DNA of 62,458 nucleotides, filler included, from Rhabdomonas costata (GCA_019059605.1; 25 parts of 25 records of this genome joined end to end with filler, not necessarily neighbours in it), one strand, 5' to 3'. Shown: positions 1 through 13,003, counted from the first letter of the whole stretch. The notes: generated by a model from the sequence alone, not told the origin. Made by a program: numbers and translations.

Positions 1-6
1 TTTTGT

Positions 7-108
7 TTTTTTCCTGAAAAATCGCCCGTTCTTTGCGATATAACCTGCTTTGCAAAATTTTGCAAAGCAGGTTATATCGCAAAGAACGGGCGATTTTTCA
101 GGAAAAAA
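7..108. repeat. Perfect 102-bp palindrome at contig start (probable fold-back artefact)
   Basis: 7-57 is the exact reverse complement of 58-108 (centre tgcaaaa|ttttgca). Confidence 0.95.
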
Positions 109-1565
109 GCATAACAAACGCCAAGAACAGAAACCGAAATTGAAATGCACTGCGAAAAACAGCCATATCGCCGCGCACAATACCATTATTTGCACGGTTT
201 GGATCTTCTCAACACTTTGCAGATGCGGTGTTCGCAGTGTCTTTCAGTCCCCCCAAACGGCACATGGATGAACACAATTTCTTCACATTGAGCTTTTCCG
301 CGGTGAAATTGCTGGTCCTCTTAATGATGTTCAAGCATGGAATCGTCCTCAAACCCAAGACCCCATTTTGGGACCCACTTGTTGTCGCCATTTCAACTTG
401 ATGGCAAGGTATCCTGCCACCACAGTTCGACCAGACACGAGTGCTCAGAAAATGTTCTCGACAAAGCAAATTCTAAGAGAGGAACTTCCAGAAAAATTCC
501 TCGAGAGGCGCGGGGGCAAACAAAGGAAACACGAGGCTGGATAGGAAGAAGCTGAGGAAACAAGTTGGGGGGGCACCGAGTCCGAAGGAAGCGGCCGGAG
601 GCAAAGGGAAGGGCACAATAAGGGGTCGCAGTTACTACAGAAATTATATCGATTTTCGCTTACATCTTTCCCATTTCCCCTTTCCCCCCACGAAATCCTC
701 TTTCCTGTCGGGCCACTTGGAAAGTACTATTTCCTTCCACACCCGTCAAATATTATGGCCGATTCTCGTGCTCATTTTCCCTCAACTTTTGGGCCAAATC
801 ATGTCCGGACAACCCACCACATTTGACACAACGCGTTTTTTGGCAGGCGGTTTCTTTTCTTCACACTCGTGCTGCGCAGTGGCCTCAACCCGCACCTTGG
901 TTCGAGTCCCATTGCGCTACCGTGCGCTTTTCATCCACTCATCCCTCTGTCGCCCCGGTTTTGTACAGTAATGCGTGTTTTCCCATGAATATTTGCTAAA
1001 AATACCGCGGAAATATGTCGGAAAAAAATTAATCATCAGGCCTTGGGATCAAACTCCATCAAAGCTTTTACTTTCTGAGGGTTTTACAATACTTTACTTG
1101 TAAATTCCCTGTTGGCGTTCTCTTGCCTCTTTCTGGGCTTCCAAAAACACCAACCGCCGACATCACGGAATTAGCCGGCGGGCTTTTCTTTTCCTGTTAG
1201 TCCCGTTTCCTTTTTTCGATCTTCCTGTGTTAAACTTACCGTGTGATCTTTATCCATTCCATCGGTTATTGTTCATTTCAATGGCGGAAAATCAAACTTG
1301 GACCAAGTTGTCGAGGTGGAGTTCGTTAACTGAAATCAAGGGGATAAAAAGACCGGACTACTACACTGGGTAGTGGGGGAATGTGTTTCAACTTGCGCAC
1401 CTCGACGGGAAAACCGCTCAGTGAATTCTCTTGGCAGGAATTACAGAACCAGTCTTTTTTTGCACCACTTCTTCACATACCCTTAGATAATAGGCTTGGT
1501 ACGGTGGAAAATGTCTGGAAAACAGTACCGCTAAATTCAAAAACCTCCCCGTACACCTATTTGTC

Positions 1566-2300
1566 GTGAATAGAAACAAACAACTATGTAAACAACCTGA
1601 AGGGGGAACATCAAACCATACAGAATCACCACCAAGACCTCAGGTACCTCATCTAGCGCCTCTATCGCAGGAATTAACACAAGTCCTAGTGGGACAATTC
1701 ATGACACTGATAGCACAAAACCAAATAACCCTAATGAACGTGATGCAACTTTCCGTATAAGTTACGTAGCAATCAATCCATACCGTCACAGAATTTTACC
1801 AGCCGGAAACCGCAGAAGCAGCAGGCCTACGGAAGCGTCAAGAGCAAAACCCAGAATTCGAAACGTTTGATGAAAAACTTGAGCACTTTCTTGAATGGCT
1901 CATCAGAGTCGATCAATGAAAACAACATCAACTAGTCCCTGACCAGGTCGCAATTAGCGACGCAAGATAGCAGTGGGTGACTCATGTCGGGACAATACAC
2001 ATATGCATTGTGGAACAGTTTTATCGACGTGCTCAAAGCACATTAACTCTCCAAGTACACCACTATTAAATCATTGAGGAATTAAAAGCAAATGTGCGCA
2101 TGCAAAACGGAGACTTTCCCAGCGCGCTATCCAAATTCAAAACCATGATCGAGTGTCTCCATGAGTACAACCAGATCCCCCACATAATCGTTTTCAAAAT
2201 CTTAATGGTGCACAAGGTTGCAAAAAGGAACTCTTAGACGCTCGAAGATACCTACTAGATCTCCTGGGAGGTCTTCCGAGAGCCGCTACACGCGACACAA
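1566..2300 (+). mobile_element. Decayed LTR-retrotransposon (Ty3/gypsy-like) gag
   Basis: Interrupted frames read ...NPEFETFDEKLEHFLEWLIRVDQ*... then ...LWNSFIDVLKAH*... and ...MQNGDFPSALSKFK.... These match the P-x-x-F-D-G...W, WxxFxxxL and Q-x-G patterns of retrotransposon gag. Several stops and frameshifts. Confidence 0.55.
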
Positions 2301-2405
2301 GTCACATACTAAGTTCAAGCGCCAAGAACAGTGCCACCACCCTTATCGCAATTCCCAACATTTTCGTCACCGCCTCCTCCGAGTCAGCATCAATCTCACA
2401 AACCC

Positions 2406-2505
2406 NNNNNNNNNNNNNNNNNNNNNNNNNNNNNNNNNNNNNNNNNNNNTTAATTAATTAANNNNNNNNNNNNNNNNNNNNNNNNNNNNNNNNNNNNNNN
2501 NNNNN
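2406..2505. other. Artificial contig-joining spacer (first of 24)
   Basis: N44-TTAATTAATTAA-N44, with stops in all six frames. It recurs starting at 4913, 7417, 9921, 12426, 14930, 17434, 19938, 22442, 24946, 27448, 29951, 32454, 34958, 37460, 39952, 42455, 44956, 47458, 49959, 52462, 54963, 57458 and 59959. Genes are cut mid-exon at the joins. Confidence 0.99.
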
Positions 2506-2586
2506 AGAAGACCGTGGGGGGGGGCTACTCTTGAGAGGGGTTTACCTGGAACATGGCTGTGAATACCATCTGGTGGCTGGTTACAG

Positions 2587-2856
2587 GAGGAGGAGGACCA
2601 GCCCTGTCAGGTCTGCCAGAGCTACCAGCAGGAGGATCTTTTGCTGCTGTGCGACCGCTGCGACGGCCATTACCACACCTTCTGCGTGGGTCTGGGCCTG
2701 GTGGTGCCCCCGGGCGACTGGTTCTGCCCCCGATGCCAGCATGCCGAGGAGCTTCGCCCCTCTCAGACCTCAGCCTCAGCCTCTGCATCATCTTCATCCT
2801 CGTCCTCACACTTGCTGCCCACGGCAGAGAGCCAAAGTGCTGCAGCTCCTACCACG
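2587..2856 (+). CDS. PHD-finger protein, internal exon
   Basis: After acceptor ttacag: EEEDQPCQVCQSYQQEDLLLLCDRCDGHYHTFCVGLGLVVPPGDWFCPRC, a canonical C4HC3 PHD finger with GDWFC, then a Ser-rich linker. The 3' boundary (gttgag) is tentative. A possible further exon lies at 3181-~3408. Confidence 0.9.
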
Positions 2857-4600
2857 GTTGAGCCCTTCCGAACGCCTAACGAAAAAGTCACTTCTCATCC
2901 TTCTGTTCTGTGTGTTCTTGCAATGCTCCCCGAATTTCTGTCTGTGGGGGGCTGATAACCAAAACGCGAGAGGGTCCGGCAGGAAAGCTTTAAAATAAGA
3001 GAACAGGAGAGAAAATTAATGGAAAACCGAATAGTTGATAGTTGTAAAACAATGCTGGGATGCAGAATACTGTCAAGGACCCGGAAATGGGAGCTTTTGT
3101 GGCGAAAGATATTCAAAAAGATGACAACACGAAGCAAATAGCAGAGGTGCTCCCTGCGGACCCTGTGTGTGTGTGTGCAGAGGGGGCAGGGTGCGCCCGC
3201 TACTCTTCGAAGAAGCTTTCGCTAGGCGTGCTGGTTCGGAGCTAACTCATGCGCACCACTGCACTGTCTCGCCGCTCCCATCGTCCTGCCCCCACTGCCA
3301 CACACAGCCAGGAGCTCAGGGCTCCACAGGGTTGGTGCGCCACCGCATTGGGGTCCGCAGCAGCCAAGCTGCTGGAAGAGCGGCAGCCCCAAGAAGGTCG
3401 AGGGGGAGGGTTGCGACTCTGCTGCTGTCTTTGTTTAATATTTCTTTGTCAGGACAAGGCCTAAAGAAACCGTGGGAAAGTGGCTGCTGACCTTTGTGCT
3501 CCTTCTTACAGTCTCACCCTGTGGGGAAATGGTGTTTATTGAACGTTGCTTCCTTGTGTTATTGATGTAACTGGACTCTTTCTATGACCCTAATTCCGGT
3601 CCCCTCTTTTCCACTCATGCCATTGTTAAGCGACGGACGGTTCCTGTGTTGTGCCTTAGGACTCCACGGGCAAGGCCCACTCCTACCTCTTTCTTGGAGC
3701 AAACGGGGCCCACACTTGCGTGGGCCTGCTCAGGTAGTCTTCTTCTGTTATTCTGCTTTTTCTAGGGTTGTGTGAAAGCCGTTCAAGAGAAAGGACACGT
3801 GTCTATCAATTATGTATGTGGAATCCCACACAGCCGCTGGCGTTGCATGTAAGCCCTCTATTCGCCACCTTCCGGCTTGCCTCCCGTGCGCTTGCATGGG
3901 AATTTAGCGTTGCTGCTGCTGCGGTGATCCTGCAATCGATCTGCGATGGACGCAAGCACCCCCCAATACCACCCCAAATGTGTGTGATGAGTTTTTATTG
4001 GGGCACAAAGGAAACAATCGCGTGTGCGTTTGGGCTCATGTCTTGTGCGTGTGTGAAAAAAGCAAGCCTCATTGGGGTGTTGGTCATTTTCCAAATGTGC
4101 CCGACCAGCTGGATTGCGGTCGCCTCACCTGGGATCCGGCATACTCAGAAAACTCCCAATATGAGTGCTCTAGTCCTCAAGTGAGCGAGAAGGTTCGGCA
4201 CCGAAGCCAGTCGGATGCTGCGCTTCTTTTTCTGAAATGGAAGTGGACCGTGGGCTTTTCGCACTCAGGAAGGGCACATAGGCAGCCCCATGAAGACGAC
4301 GAAAGCAGCTGCTCTTTCAGGTCACTCGCGGAATCACGCACCGCGCCACACTCACCGTTGCGATTATGTCGATTGTCTGCGAGGGGTTTCACCTAGCCAA
4401 CGGTAAGCAGCCTCACCGCACCCAACACCGAAAAGAGCTTTTCCTTGTGGCTGAATTGGTGTGTGTGTGCGTCAAAGTTTGCCTCAAAAACTTGCGTGTA
4501 TGCTAGAACTACCCTTAAAATGCACTTCAGGGGTGGCCATGGGGCCTTATGTGCCGACCAAATGAACCTTCCCTGTTTTTATGCAAGATTCTGCAAAGAG

Positions 4601-4637
4601 AAAAACGCCTCTGAAAAAACGCCTCTGAAAAAACGCC
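4601..4637. repeat. 14-bp tandem repeat, ~2.6 copies (aaaaacgcctctga)
   Basis: Seen directly in the sequence. Confidence 0.85.
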
Positions 4638-5446
4638 ATTCTGTATTTGAAAGGTTGGGGTGGCAGTGGCGCCTCTTTCCACTTCCTTTGTGTGGTTTAA
4701 CAGAACTCGGAGGAAAAAGCGCCGGGGGCTCCCCGATATCCACGAGGTCTGTCGGGGTTGGCTTTGCGGAAGCATAGGCTTACAGCCCTTCGTCATTCCT
4801 CTAGTCCAAGCATACTGCAAAAACAACAGCCGAAGCTGGAGAAATCCAGTACGTGTCGTTGTCGAGAATTTTAGCAGGCATTTGACAGACATAATATATA
4901 ACCGGCATAAAANNNNNNNNNNNNNNNNNNNNNNNNNNNNNNNNNNNNNNNNNNNNTTAATTAATTAANNNNNNNNNNNNNNNNNNNNNNNNNNNNNNNN
5001 NNNNNNNNNNNNGTGTTGGGTGTGGTTGGGGTTTGGGGGTCCCTCAAAGAATTCTCCTCTCCATACGAACAGCCTGTGCTTCCACCTTCCAACAGCTACT
5101 CAGCGCCACACACGCCCTAAAACATGATGAGAGAGCGGGGAGGTTCTGAAAGCAAACTGTAAAACCACCTGGAGGCGAAAAAAATGGAGGCGAACGTGCA
5201 GGCCGTCAGAGAGCATCCGTATAATCCATGCAAGTTTACAAAGTATGCAATGAGAACAGAGCGCAACAGAGAGCGAAATTCAACCCCCCACCATCAGAAA
5301 CGGCCAGGTTTTCCATAACTTCGCTCAGTAGAAGAAAAAGAAACAGGATGCAAGAAACGAGGCCACGGACGGGCTGTGGGGCTGTCGATACGCCGATACG
5401 CCGACCAAGCGTCACATATTCATGCGTGCAAGTCTTCGGCAGCCAA

Positions 5447-7344
5447 CTACCCCATGCTGGAACCGAAGGGAACAACCGTGGATCGGGGCGAGCCGATCTG
5501 GAAGGAGCTGCCAAATGATGACTGGCTGCGGCTGCCAAGACAAGGAAAAGGACAGTGCTGCGCGCAGAGAGGAAACAAATTACACTCAGAATTCATTGGA
5601 TTTCTAGAAAATGCCCACGAAAGCTGAACCCCTCTTCCAGGTTCTAATTCGGGAAGGAAAGAAGAAGGTTGCCCGCCTTCGTTCCTTCCTGAATCCCCGC
5701 CGTCCATGTGATGCTTCACTGTTTATAATATGGCAAAAGGGGGAAACCATTTGACAAATTTTGGATTTAAACGGACTTTGGGTGGTAAAAAAGGCTCATG
5801 TAAATCATGTCAACATGGTTGCATAGTGGGCATTGGAGTCCCAAGTTCGGGTTACATGTTTTTGGAGCTAAGTATGGTTTCCAGGTGCGTGAGTGTGTGT
5901 GTGTGTGTGTGTGCGTGCGTGGACGCGTTTTAGGATTTGCTTCTGGCTTCTCACTTTTGATATGGCACGGAGTGGCATCTCCCCGGCTCTTGTCGAATGA
6001 ATAGAGCCCACCTGTCCTGGGAATGAATAGAGCCCACTGCTGGACAAGAAGGCGAATTAAGATGCTTATGCACACACCAAGCTGAGGCCCGCGCATGGTC
6101 CGCTGCGTCGGGGAAGAAGACTGTCCCCACTGCCACCCGCAGAAACCGCGGCAGCAGCCCCACAACGCATGTCATCAGCAAACACAGCCAGAACAGACCA
6201 CTGCCCGTGGCATGGAAAAAGCTCCAGTAGTAGCCCTTAGTGCTGTCTAAGTCCACCACCATCTGCAGGATAAACGACGCGCCAATGGATACCCTGAGAA
6301 AAGAACAAAACCGACCAAGTAGGATGATCGCTGCTGTCCTTGATCTGATTGAGAATGAACACACACTTCCATAGTTGCTGAAGGAAACCCACTATTCACT
6401 CACAACCGCTCCAGACGACACATTTGACAAGTTTTCACTCGTTCTCGTAATGAGACGCCTTCGTTCAGGACAAAGAAGAAACCGTACTTCAGATTGGAAT
6501 GGGGGCCCCGGCAGAGCCACTTGCAAGGAATGCGCTGCTTGGAGCCACCGTCATGAGTTGCTTGGAGCCACCCCCTCCCTCCCGGATGCTCATCGCACCA
6601 CCCAACCCTCCATTTGGTGGATGCGCCCGCTGTTTTGGTTTTGAGGGGGAGGAAGGAAGGACCCCTCATAACGAGCTCCTGAATATTCCGCCTGAGATAA
6701 TTTTTTACACGAGTTCCTCGTCCAAGATGCGGGTGGATGAAAGACTGTTCTTAAGATTTCGAGGGAGGGAACATCACCAATCATTGTGTCTTCACTTGGC
6801 TTCCAAGTCGCCGTTTGCGGTGAACCAGGTGTGGCTTAAAGATTCTGAGAGCCCTGCAATTTCAGTTTGAAGCTCTCCGCCGAGCATTTCGCAATGTAAA
6901 CCTCAAAAACACCGGTTTGACACCTGCAACCCAGAACAAGAACCCGAAACAATAAGTTAACCCAGAATAAGAAGACTACTCTTCAAGACGTTTTCGACGA
7001 GCATACCAACCTAAAGGAAATAGAGCGCATCGCCGAGGTGAAGGGCATCTGAATATCCAACGGATCGCGCTGACATTGTGGATACAGATCGCTCAGGAAA
7101 GCAAAGAGTCCACGCATGCAAGGGCATACCCCACGGCGGCGAGCAGGTGCCATGTGATGAAGTAGGTCTCCATCAGAAGGTGCAGATTGACCACCAGCAC
7201 CCCACCGTAGAGGTGGGACAGCCCGACGACAGTGAGGTCAACATCGTGCTGCACCATCAGCCCAAAGTAAGGAACGAAGAACACCGCGCTGGACTGCCAC
7301 AGCACTTCGCCGACACACACCAGCACGTGCTGGGTGTTGTAGAG
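5447..7344 (-). CDS. P4-type ATPase (phospholipid flippase), last three exons: 7344-7130, 6293-6078, 5531-5447
   Basis: Phase-compatible GT-AG joins give LYNTQHVLVCVGEVLWQSSAVFFVPYF...VLVVNLHLLMETYFITWHLLAAVG|VSIGASF...GYYWSFFHATGSGLFWLCLLMTCVVGLLPRF..., ending ...GSSMG*. This is typical of the ALA1/ATP10-like PhoLip_ATPase_C transmembrane region. Confidence 0.88.
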
Positions 7345-7887
7345 CTGCACGGAAAATGAACGAGATTACGAGCAGCAGGAACTGCAATACAAGCGTGGTC
7401 ATCCGTCCCACCAACCNNNNNNNNNNNNNNNNNNNNNNNNNNNNNNNNNNNNNNNNNNNNTTAATTAATTAANNNNNNNNNNNNNNNNNNNNNNNNNNNN
7501 NNNNNNNNNNNNNNNNGGGTGGTGTGTGTCAAGAGGGATGTCCGATGCGTCGAGTTCAGGACTTCCCATGCAATTTACGCATTTTGTTGATGAGAAACTT
7601 TTGGCAGAAACCAAAAGTGAGAAAGGGAAGAAATCTACAATGAGGATCGTAAGAAAGGCGTTGTGCAGGATTAGGATTGGGATTAGGATAACCTCTGGGG
7701 GGCAGCCCGCTGTGCTGCATGTTTTTTTCTTTCCGTCCAGAATTACTGTGGCAATCGTTTTCTGCCAGCATTCTTTTGGTTTTCTGTTGCGGTTGTACTT
7801 CGTCTCCGTAAGCCTGGACTTGTTCTCTCAGAATGTGTCTCTCTCCTCTGCTTGCGGAGAATTTCCCAGTGTCAGGTTCTTCATAGC

Positions 7888-9220
7888 ATGACCCCCCGCT
7901 GCGGATTGATACTTGGGCTGCTGGTGGTTCCCACCCTTTGGTTGACCGGGTTGGGACTTTCCTCCCGGCACTGCGGCACACTGCTTCTCGAGGTGCATGG
8001 CCTTCAGGAAGAGCTCCGTGCACTCTCGGAGCAGGAGCGTGCAATGAAGGCCCGCACATCCGCAGCGATCGCTGCGCTGCGCGGTGCCGCAGAGCGAGCT
8101 GGACGAACTCTGAGGGAAGAGGCGATGGGATCATTGGAGGATGCTAAAATTCTGGGGAACCAGCCAGGAGCTTCGGATCCTGGGTGTGACCTTCTAACCT
8201 AAATTTGACTGCTCCCCAGGGACCCTTTCTCCTGCTTAAATTCTTTAATTGAAGGAGTAGTATCATTTATCATCTTGTGGGACCCCCGCCTACCGAAGGA
8301 CGATGCAAGAGCCCTTTTCCACACCGTACATCCAAAGAGAGGGATCTGAGAGAAGACGGGACAACACAAGGCGCTCTTAAATTACACGCACCCTCCCCCC
8401 TCTCCACAATCATCAGTTTTATTAAAGAACACGTGTCTATGCCACCCTGCCGTATGGGATTAGAGGGCGATTATAGAACTTTTGCTTATAAAGAGATTTA
8501 TTCTTTAAAGTAGGAGGACGCAGTCTTGAACGGATCATGGGGGGGACCCCAAGCAATAGTGTTGTGTGGGCATGTACCCAGAGGGAGGACAGAAAAAGAC
8601 ATCTGGAACCACTTGTAACCACAGACCAGATTGTGCTGTTTCCTATCGCGCAACATTCCTGCTCGATTACGAAGAATATGCTTGAGCGGAAATCAGTTGG
8701 GTAAAAAAGGACACTGTTGAGTGACAAATGCAAGGCGTGAAGAAACGCGGCATGGGCTCCGTTGCAGAGAATTTACAACTGATTCCGATATCGTATGCTA
8801 TTACATTTGAAAAGGCGGTGGCGACGACAAATCGAGCAAAAAGTTTTTCTCGATGCCTTCGTCTCTTGGGATCTCGGAGAGGAATGTTACTGGCAAGTTT
8901 TGATTCTCGATACCTGCTGGTCCGGTTGACAATTTTTGACGTGCAACTCATTTTGGGATATTACAGAAAACTATGACAACAAGATTACGTGCGTGAACGC
9001 CCAAACGGGGAAAGAAAGGTCGGCTTCTCTTTGTGTGTGTTGCAGTCTCGTGATCGACGCTGTGGTTGATGCTGTGAAAGGCGAAGGCAGCTGCCTCCGT
9101 GTGGCTCAGGCGAAGTGTCAGAGTCTTCAGGACCGGTGCGCAGCCTTGCGGCAGACGCTTGAGCGGATGATCCAGCAGATGAGCAGCCGCGCGGACCACA
9201 TGCTGACAAACTACTACTGA
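7888..9220 (+). CDS. Hypothetical 156-aa protein with N-terminal hydrophobic helix and coiled coil; exons 7888-8183, 9046-9220
   Basis: ATG at 7888, donor gtgtga, acceptor tgttgcag, compatible phase 2, stop TGA. MTPRCGLILGLLVVPTLWLTGLGL then heptad-like LQEELRALSEQERAMKARTSAAIAALR. Intermediate exons cannot be excluded. Confidence 0.55.
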
Positions 9221-10020
9221 TGCAGCGTGAGATTTCGCTTTTTGGACAATGACCCGCTGCTTGAATTCCGCTCAGTTGCCAGTTCATATTACCTTGCAGA
9301 CTCACACTATGTCTTCTGTCCGGTGTTGGTGGAATGTGGTCTCACAACGCCATCTTGGGTATTTTTTTGGTCCTATGTTCCATCATCCATAGCAAAGGAT
9401 GCCAATGGTTCAGACGAAAAGCAAGGTAATAAATTACACACAAAAGCTGAGAGAAGAAAATGCAAAGCAGCAGGGGGTGTCGGGTCGAACCCGAAGTCAA
9501 TGGGAGAGTTTGGGAGGATGGACACTCCGGCAAAATGGATCCAAACCCCTCGGATTCGTTTATTCGGTCACTAATTCTAGGGGGAAGTTTTCGATGTTTA
9601 AACACTGCCAACTTTCGACGTTTTGGGTAAAGTATAAATCGATGAAACCACCCACGTTGGACGCCCCATTTGATCCTCTAGGACCCACTCCACCTAACAC
9701 AATGGCAACGGTCAGGATTGAACGCAGCGTGTCGAAATTTCCGCGCACAACTATCAACATCCACGAATGCCACGAATGGGCCGACAAGCCGTCGGGAGTA
9801 ACGGTTGGTCAAATTGGACTTGCACACTCCCAGGTGTTCAATTACACCCCACCACCTGGATCCCATGGATGGCCCCAACGGCCTGGTTTGTGCAACTCCA
9901 CACAGATAACCCACCACCCCNNNNNNNNNNNNNNNNNNNNNNNNNNNNNNNNNNNNNNNNNNNNTTAATTAATTAANNNNNNNNNNNNNNNNNNNNNNNN
10001 NNNNNNNNNNNNNNNNNNNN

Positions 10021-11363
10021 GGTGGTTTAGGAGCCTTGCAAAGCGGTCCAGCAGGTTGCCTGGATGACATGACAATAGGAGCTCTCGCGGACATGAGAAT
10101 AGGAGCTCTCGCGGCCGCTTGAATGAACACACTTTGTGGTGCTGACGATGCTTAAGCAGTGAGCAAGGTATAGAGATAAAGCGCTTACAAGTTCCTTCAA
10201 ACTGTGGGTGCACCGACGTCAACTGTGCCTCCACCACACAGCTCGCATAAGGAACAGCACAAGAAAGCTATTTCTGTCATTAAACAGTAAAACTGTGCGA
10301 GAGGCAGCACTGCAGCCATTGAAAGAAAACTTTCCGCGTACTAACCGCAATCACGCTGAAGGAAAGATCCCGGTAAAGCCGCACACAAAGGCGCTCATAG
10401 TGCAGTGCGGTGCAGTGCAGTACAGCTGTGAGGAGGATGTGAGGACCACGCACCGACGGCTATGTCGATTGTCTCCCCGAAGTTACGGTACCGCCGCAGG
10501 GAGTACGAACGCCACGACCTGAGTGTTGCCCCCGCTGACGTACAGCACCACCGGGTTGGCACACCCCGTGACCAGCCGCCCCATCTCAATGTGCCCCACG
10601 CAGTGATTCACCCCCACCATGGGCTTGCCCCACAACTGTGACAGCACCCGGGCCACGGTGGCTACGACAGTCAGGGGGCCCCCCATTCCCGGGCCGCGGG
10701 TGTAGCTGATGCATGTGAGCATCTCGGGGCGGACCTGCGCCTCAGCTAAGGCTTTCTGGACCAGAGCCAGGATGTGCGACTGGGGGTGGGCTGCCGTCTC
10801 ACGGGGCAGGAAGCCCGTCCCAGGAGGGGTTACATAGGTGCACCTGAAAGAGAGAGCGAAAGAGACAGAAAAGAGGTCGCAAATCTCGGGTGTTTAATTC
10901 AATTCTGACGGGCATGCAAGGGATGCCTGCCCACAGACGGTCAACAAAAACTGCGACCTGACGGCAACGTGAGTATCGAAAAGGACGTTAGGCATGGTAG
11001 ATCCTTTCACCGCAGTCACGGAACTGCTCCAAGAAACGACACTCCGCATCTTGTGACACTGATCATTTCAACAGAGTCAGGAGGAGAGGCTCCCCCGAAA
11101 ACGATGAAAACAACCCTGAAAATAGTCGCCACAGCATTTCGCTATGGCAATGATCCAGGCGTCACAGCACCGTTTCCGCCCCACCACATTCCCAATTACC
11201 CGCACCGTTCACTGCAGCAGGCACGCAGCCTAGTTGGGGAGGGGGAGGTTCGAAATGGTGACATGGACAGAGGGCACCTGGGGTTGCACAGGATGGTCCC
11301 GTCCTGAGCAACAATGCCGATTCCCAGCTTATTCGCACTGCCCTCCATGCCCAGCGAAAGCAT
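10021..11363 (-). pseudogene. KAE1: tRNA t6A threonylcarbamoyltransferase Kae1/OSGEP, 5' part; exons 11363-11278, 10843-10454, 10059-~10021; frameshifted as assembled
   Basis: MLSLGMEGSANKLGIGIV...[22 protein letters not shown]...[11 protein letters not shown]...[13 protein letters not shown]...[13 protein letters not shown][ttcg][28 protein letters not shown] is clearly Kae1. The 4 extra nt at 10506-10509 break the frame. Family identity is near certain; pseudogene versus sequencing error is unresolved. Confidence 0.85.
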
Positions 11364-12528
11364 CCCTCCGGGGTGGCAGTCCTCGCTGCTGGCCTTCAGC
11401 AGCATACTGGAGGTTGGGGTGCACGCCTCCGCTGACGAAGTGCACATTGGAAGCGCCAACCGCAGCAACCCGAGAGCAGAGCCGGCGTACAGAACAAAAA
11501 AAAAGCGAAAAAGACAAGAAAGCTGGAAGGTAGTAATTTTTCTACAAAATCGCTTACCCGAAACGGTGCGTCAGTCAGAACCTTACGCCGAGGAGTTCAG
11601 CAGCGTGACATTTGATCTGAATTAAGTTGGCTGCCGAATAGCTCGGAAATGGAACAAAGGTGCATACGAACTGAGTCCAGGATAGATCGGGTGGCTCAAG
11701 AATAGCCGGGGTCTCCAAAAAGAAAAAAACAGGCAAGTCTGCAACCCGTTTGACAGGCGGGGTGGATAAGACCCCTTCGATCCACTATCACGACGACCCA
11801 ATTAACATTAGCCGACTCAATCGAGGCGCCCAGAGTTGGAATGGAAGGATCGTCTTTTTCCAGACATCATCAGGTCAGAAGAATATTAGAGCACAAAAGC
11901 ACAAAAGAGCGCTAATTTCCAGTACAGAGATATCCCCGTGTCAAAGTAGCCCACGGAGACTGGAAACCAAACATGAACCCAGCACCTTCCTCGCGACAAC
12001 TCACCACAATATAGCAGAGAGAGGGCAGCTCAACTTCAGCGAAAATGACACTATATACTCCCACACTCATCTTCAGTCTGCTGCATCACGCACTCTCCCT
12101 GAACCATGGATGGAAATAGCATGGCAGACCCCTTCCATGACAAGGACACAGAAGGATGCCAGCTTAGCCTGCAAGCGGGAAACACACCCCAACCAAACAC
12201 AGAGCACACATCGACCGGCACAGAAGAAGGGTGGCGGCACGCTGGTGTCCGTATGGCAGCAGCAAAAGCCGATCCTTTCCCGTTGAGGACCCACTTCAAA
12301 GGCCTCGAAAGGGCCCTCCTCCTGAGACAAAAAAGAGACGGCGAATGCAAATGTCACGCAAATGGCAGCAGCAGTGCCACAAAATTCAGGAATATTATAG
12401 AGGAAGTTGCGCCGAACAAAACCCCNNNNNNNNNNNNNNNNNNNNNNNNNNNNNNNNNNNNNNNNNNNNTTAATTAATTAANNNNNNNNNNNNNNNNNNN
12501 NNNNNNNNNNNNNNNNNNNNNNNNNGGG

Positions 12529-12704
12529 GTGCGTCCCGGGGGTGGTACGATGGGCGCTGCTCTTGTGTTTCTTCCTTCCTCTCGTTTTCGTGTCACACTG
12601 TGTATCCAACAGTGGATAAACTCATGGATACACAGTGTGACACGAAAACGAGAGGAAGGAAGAAACACAAGTGAAGCGCCCATCGTACCACCCCCGGGAC
12701 GCAC
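12529..12704. repeat. 80-bp inverted repeat at contig start (probable fold-back artefact)
   Basis: 12529-12608 versus 12625-12704 reverse complement, two mismatches, 16-nt loop. Confidence 0.9.
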
Positions 12705-13003
12705 TACCAAAGCGCCGACTTTCGGTCCACACTCCGACGCACATGATACATGATGAATGCACAAAGGCCCGAAAAATAACATCAAACAAGGAAACCTAGA
12801 AAAGGGAAGGCCATCATCGGGGAAGAGGGTACACCAGACACAGTACAGACGTCACATGCTCACCAAATCCGCGGACAAAAGCTTTTTTCGACCTCAGTCT
12901 TCATTTCATCTTTCTCATTTCCTCGTTTGGAAGAAAGGCGGACCCGTCGGCCACTTCCACCTATCCCTAAACTTCGTCTCCTTCCCACATCCAATGCTGG
13001 CAC

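Noticed and set aside
7-108. Terminal hairpins/palindromes (also 12529-12704, 22330-22432, 42363-42449) as hairpin telomeres or cruciform elements
   Set aside because: All lie at contig ends, share no sequence, and one interrupts a coding exon (22413). This is typical of fold-back chimeras from amplification or library preparation.
1755-1975. In-frame TAA/TAG/TGA suggesting stop-codon reassignment
   Set aside because: They occur in a frameshifted gag relic. Conserved genes have no in-frame stops, and gene models end normally with TAG (P4-ATPase), TAA (thioesterase, RING) and TGA.
5013-5040. G/T-only runs at contig 5' ends and C/A-only runs at 3' ends, suggesting telomere-capped nanochromosomes
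   Set aside because: The polarity is opposite to real telomeres, there is no fixed repeat unit, and genes are cut mid-exon. It is best explained by enzymatic low-complexity tailing during library preparation.
7667-7691. ggattaggattgggattagg, and ggggttagg near 45410-45436, as telomeric repeats
   Set aside because: Too few degenerate units, and internal to the contigs.
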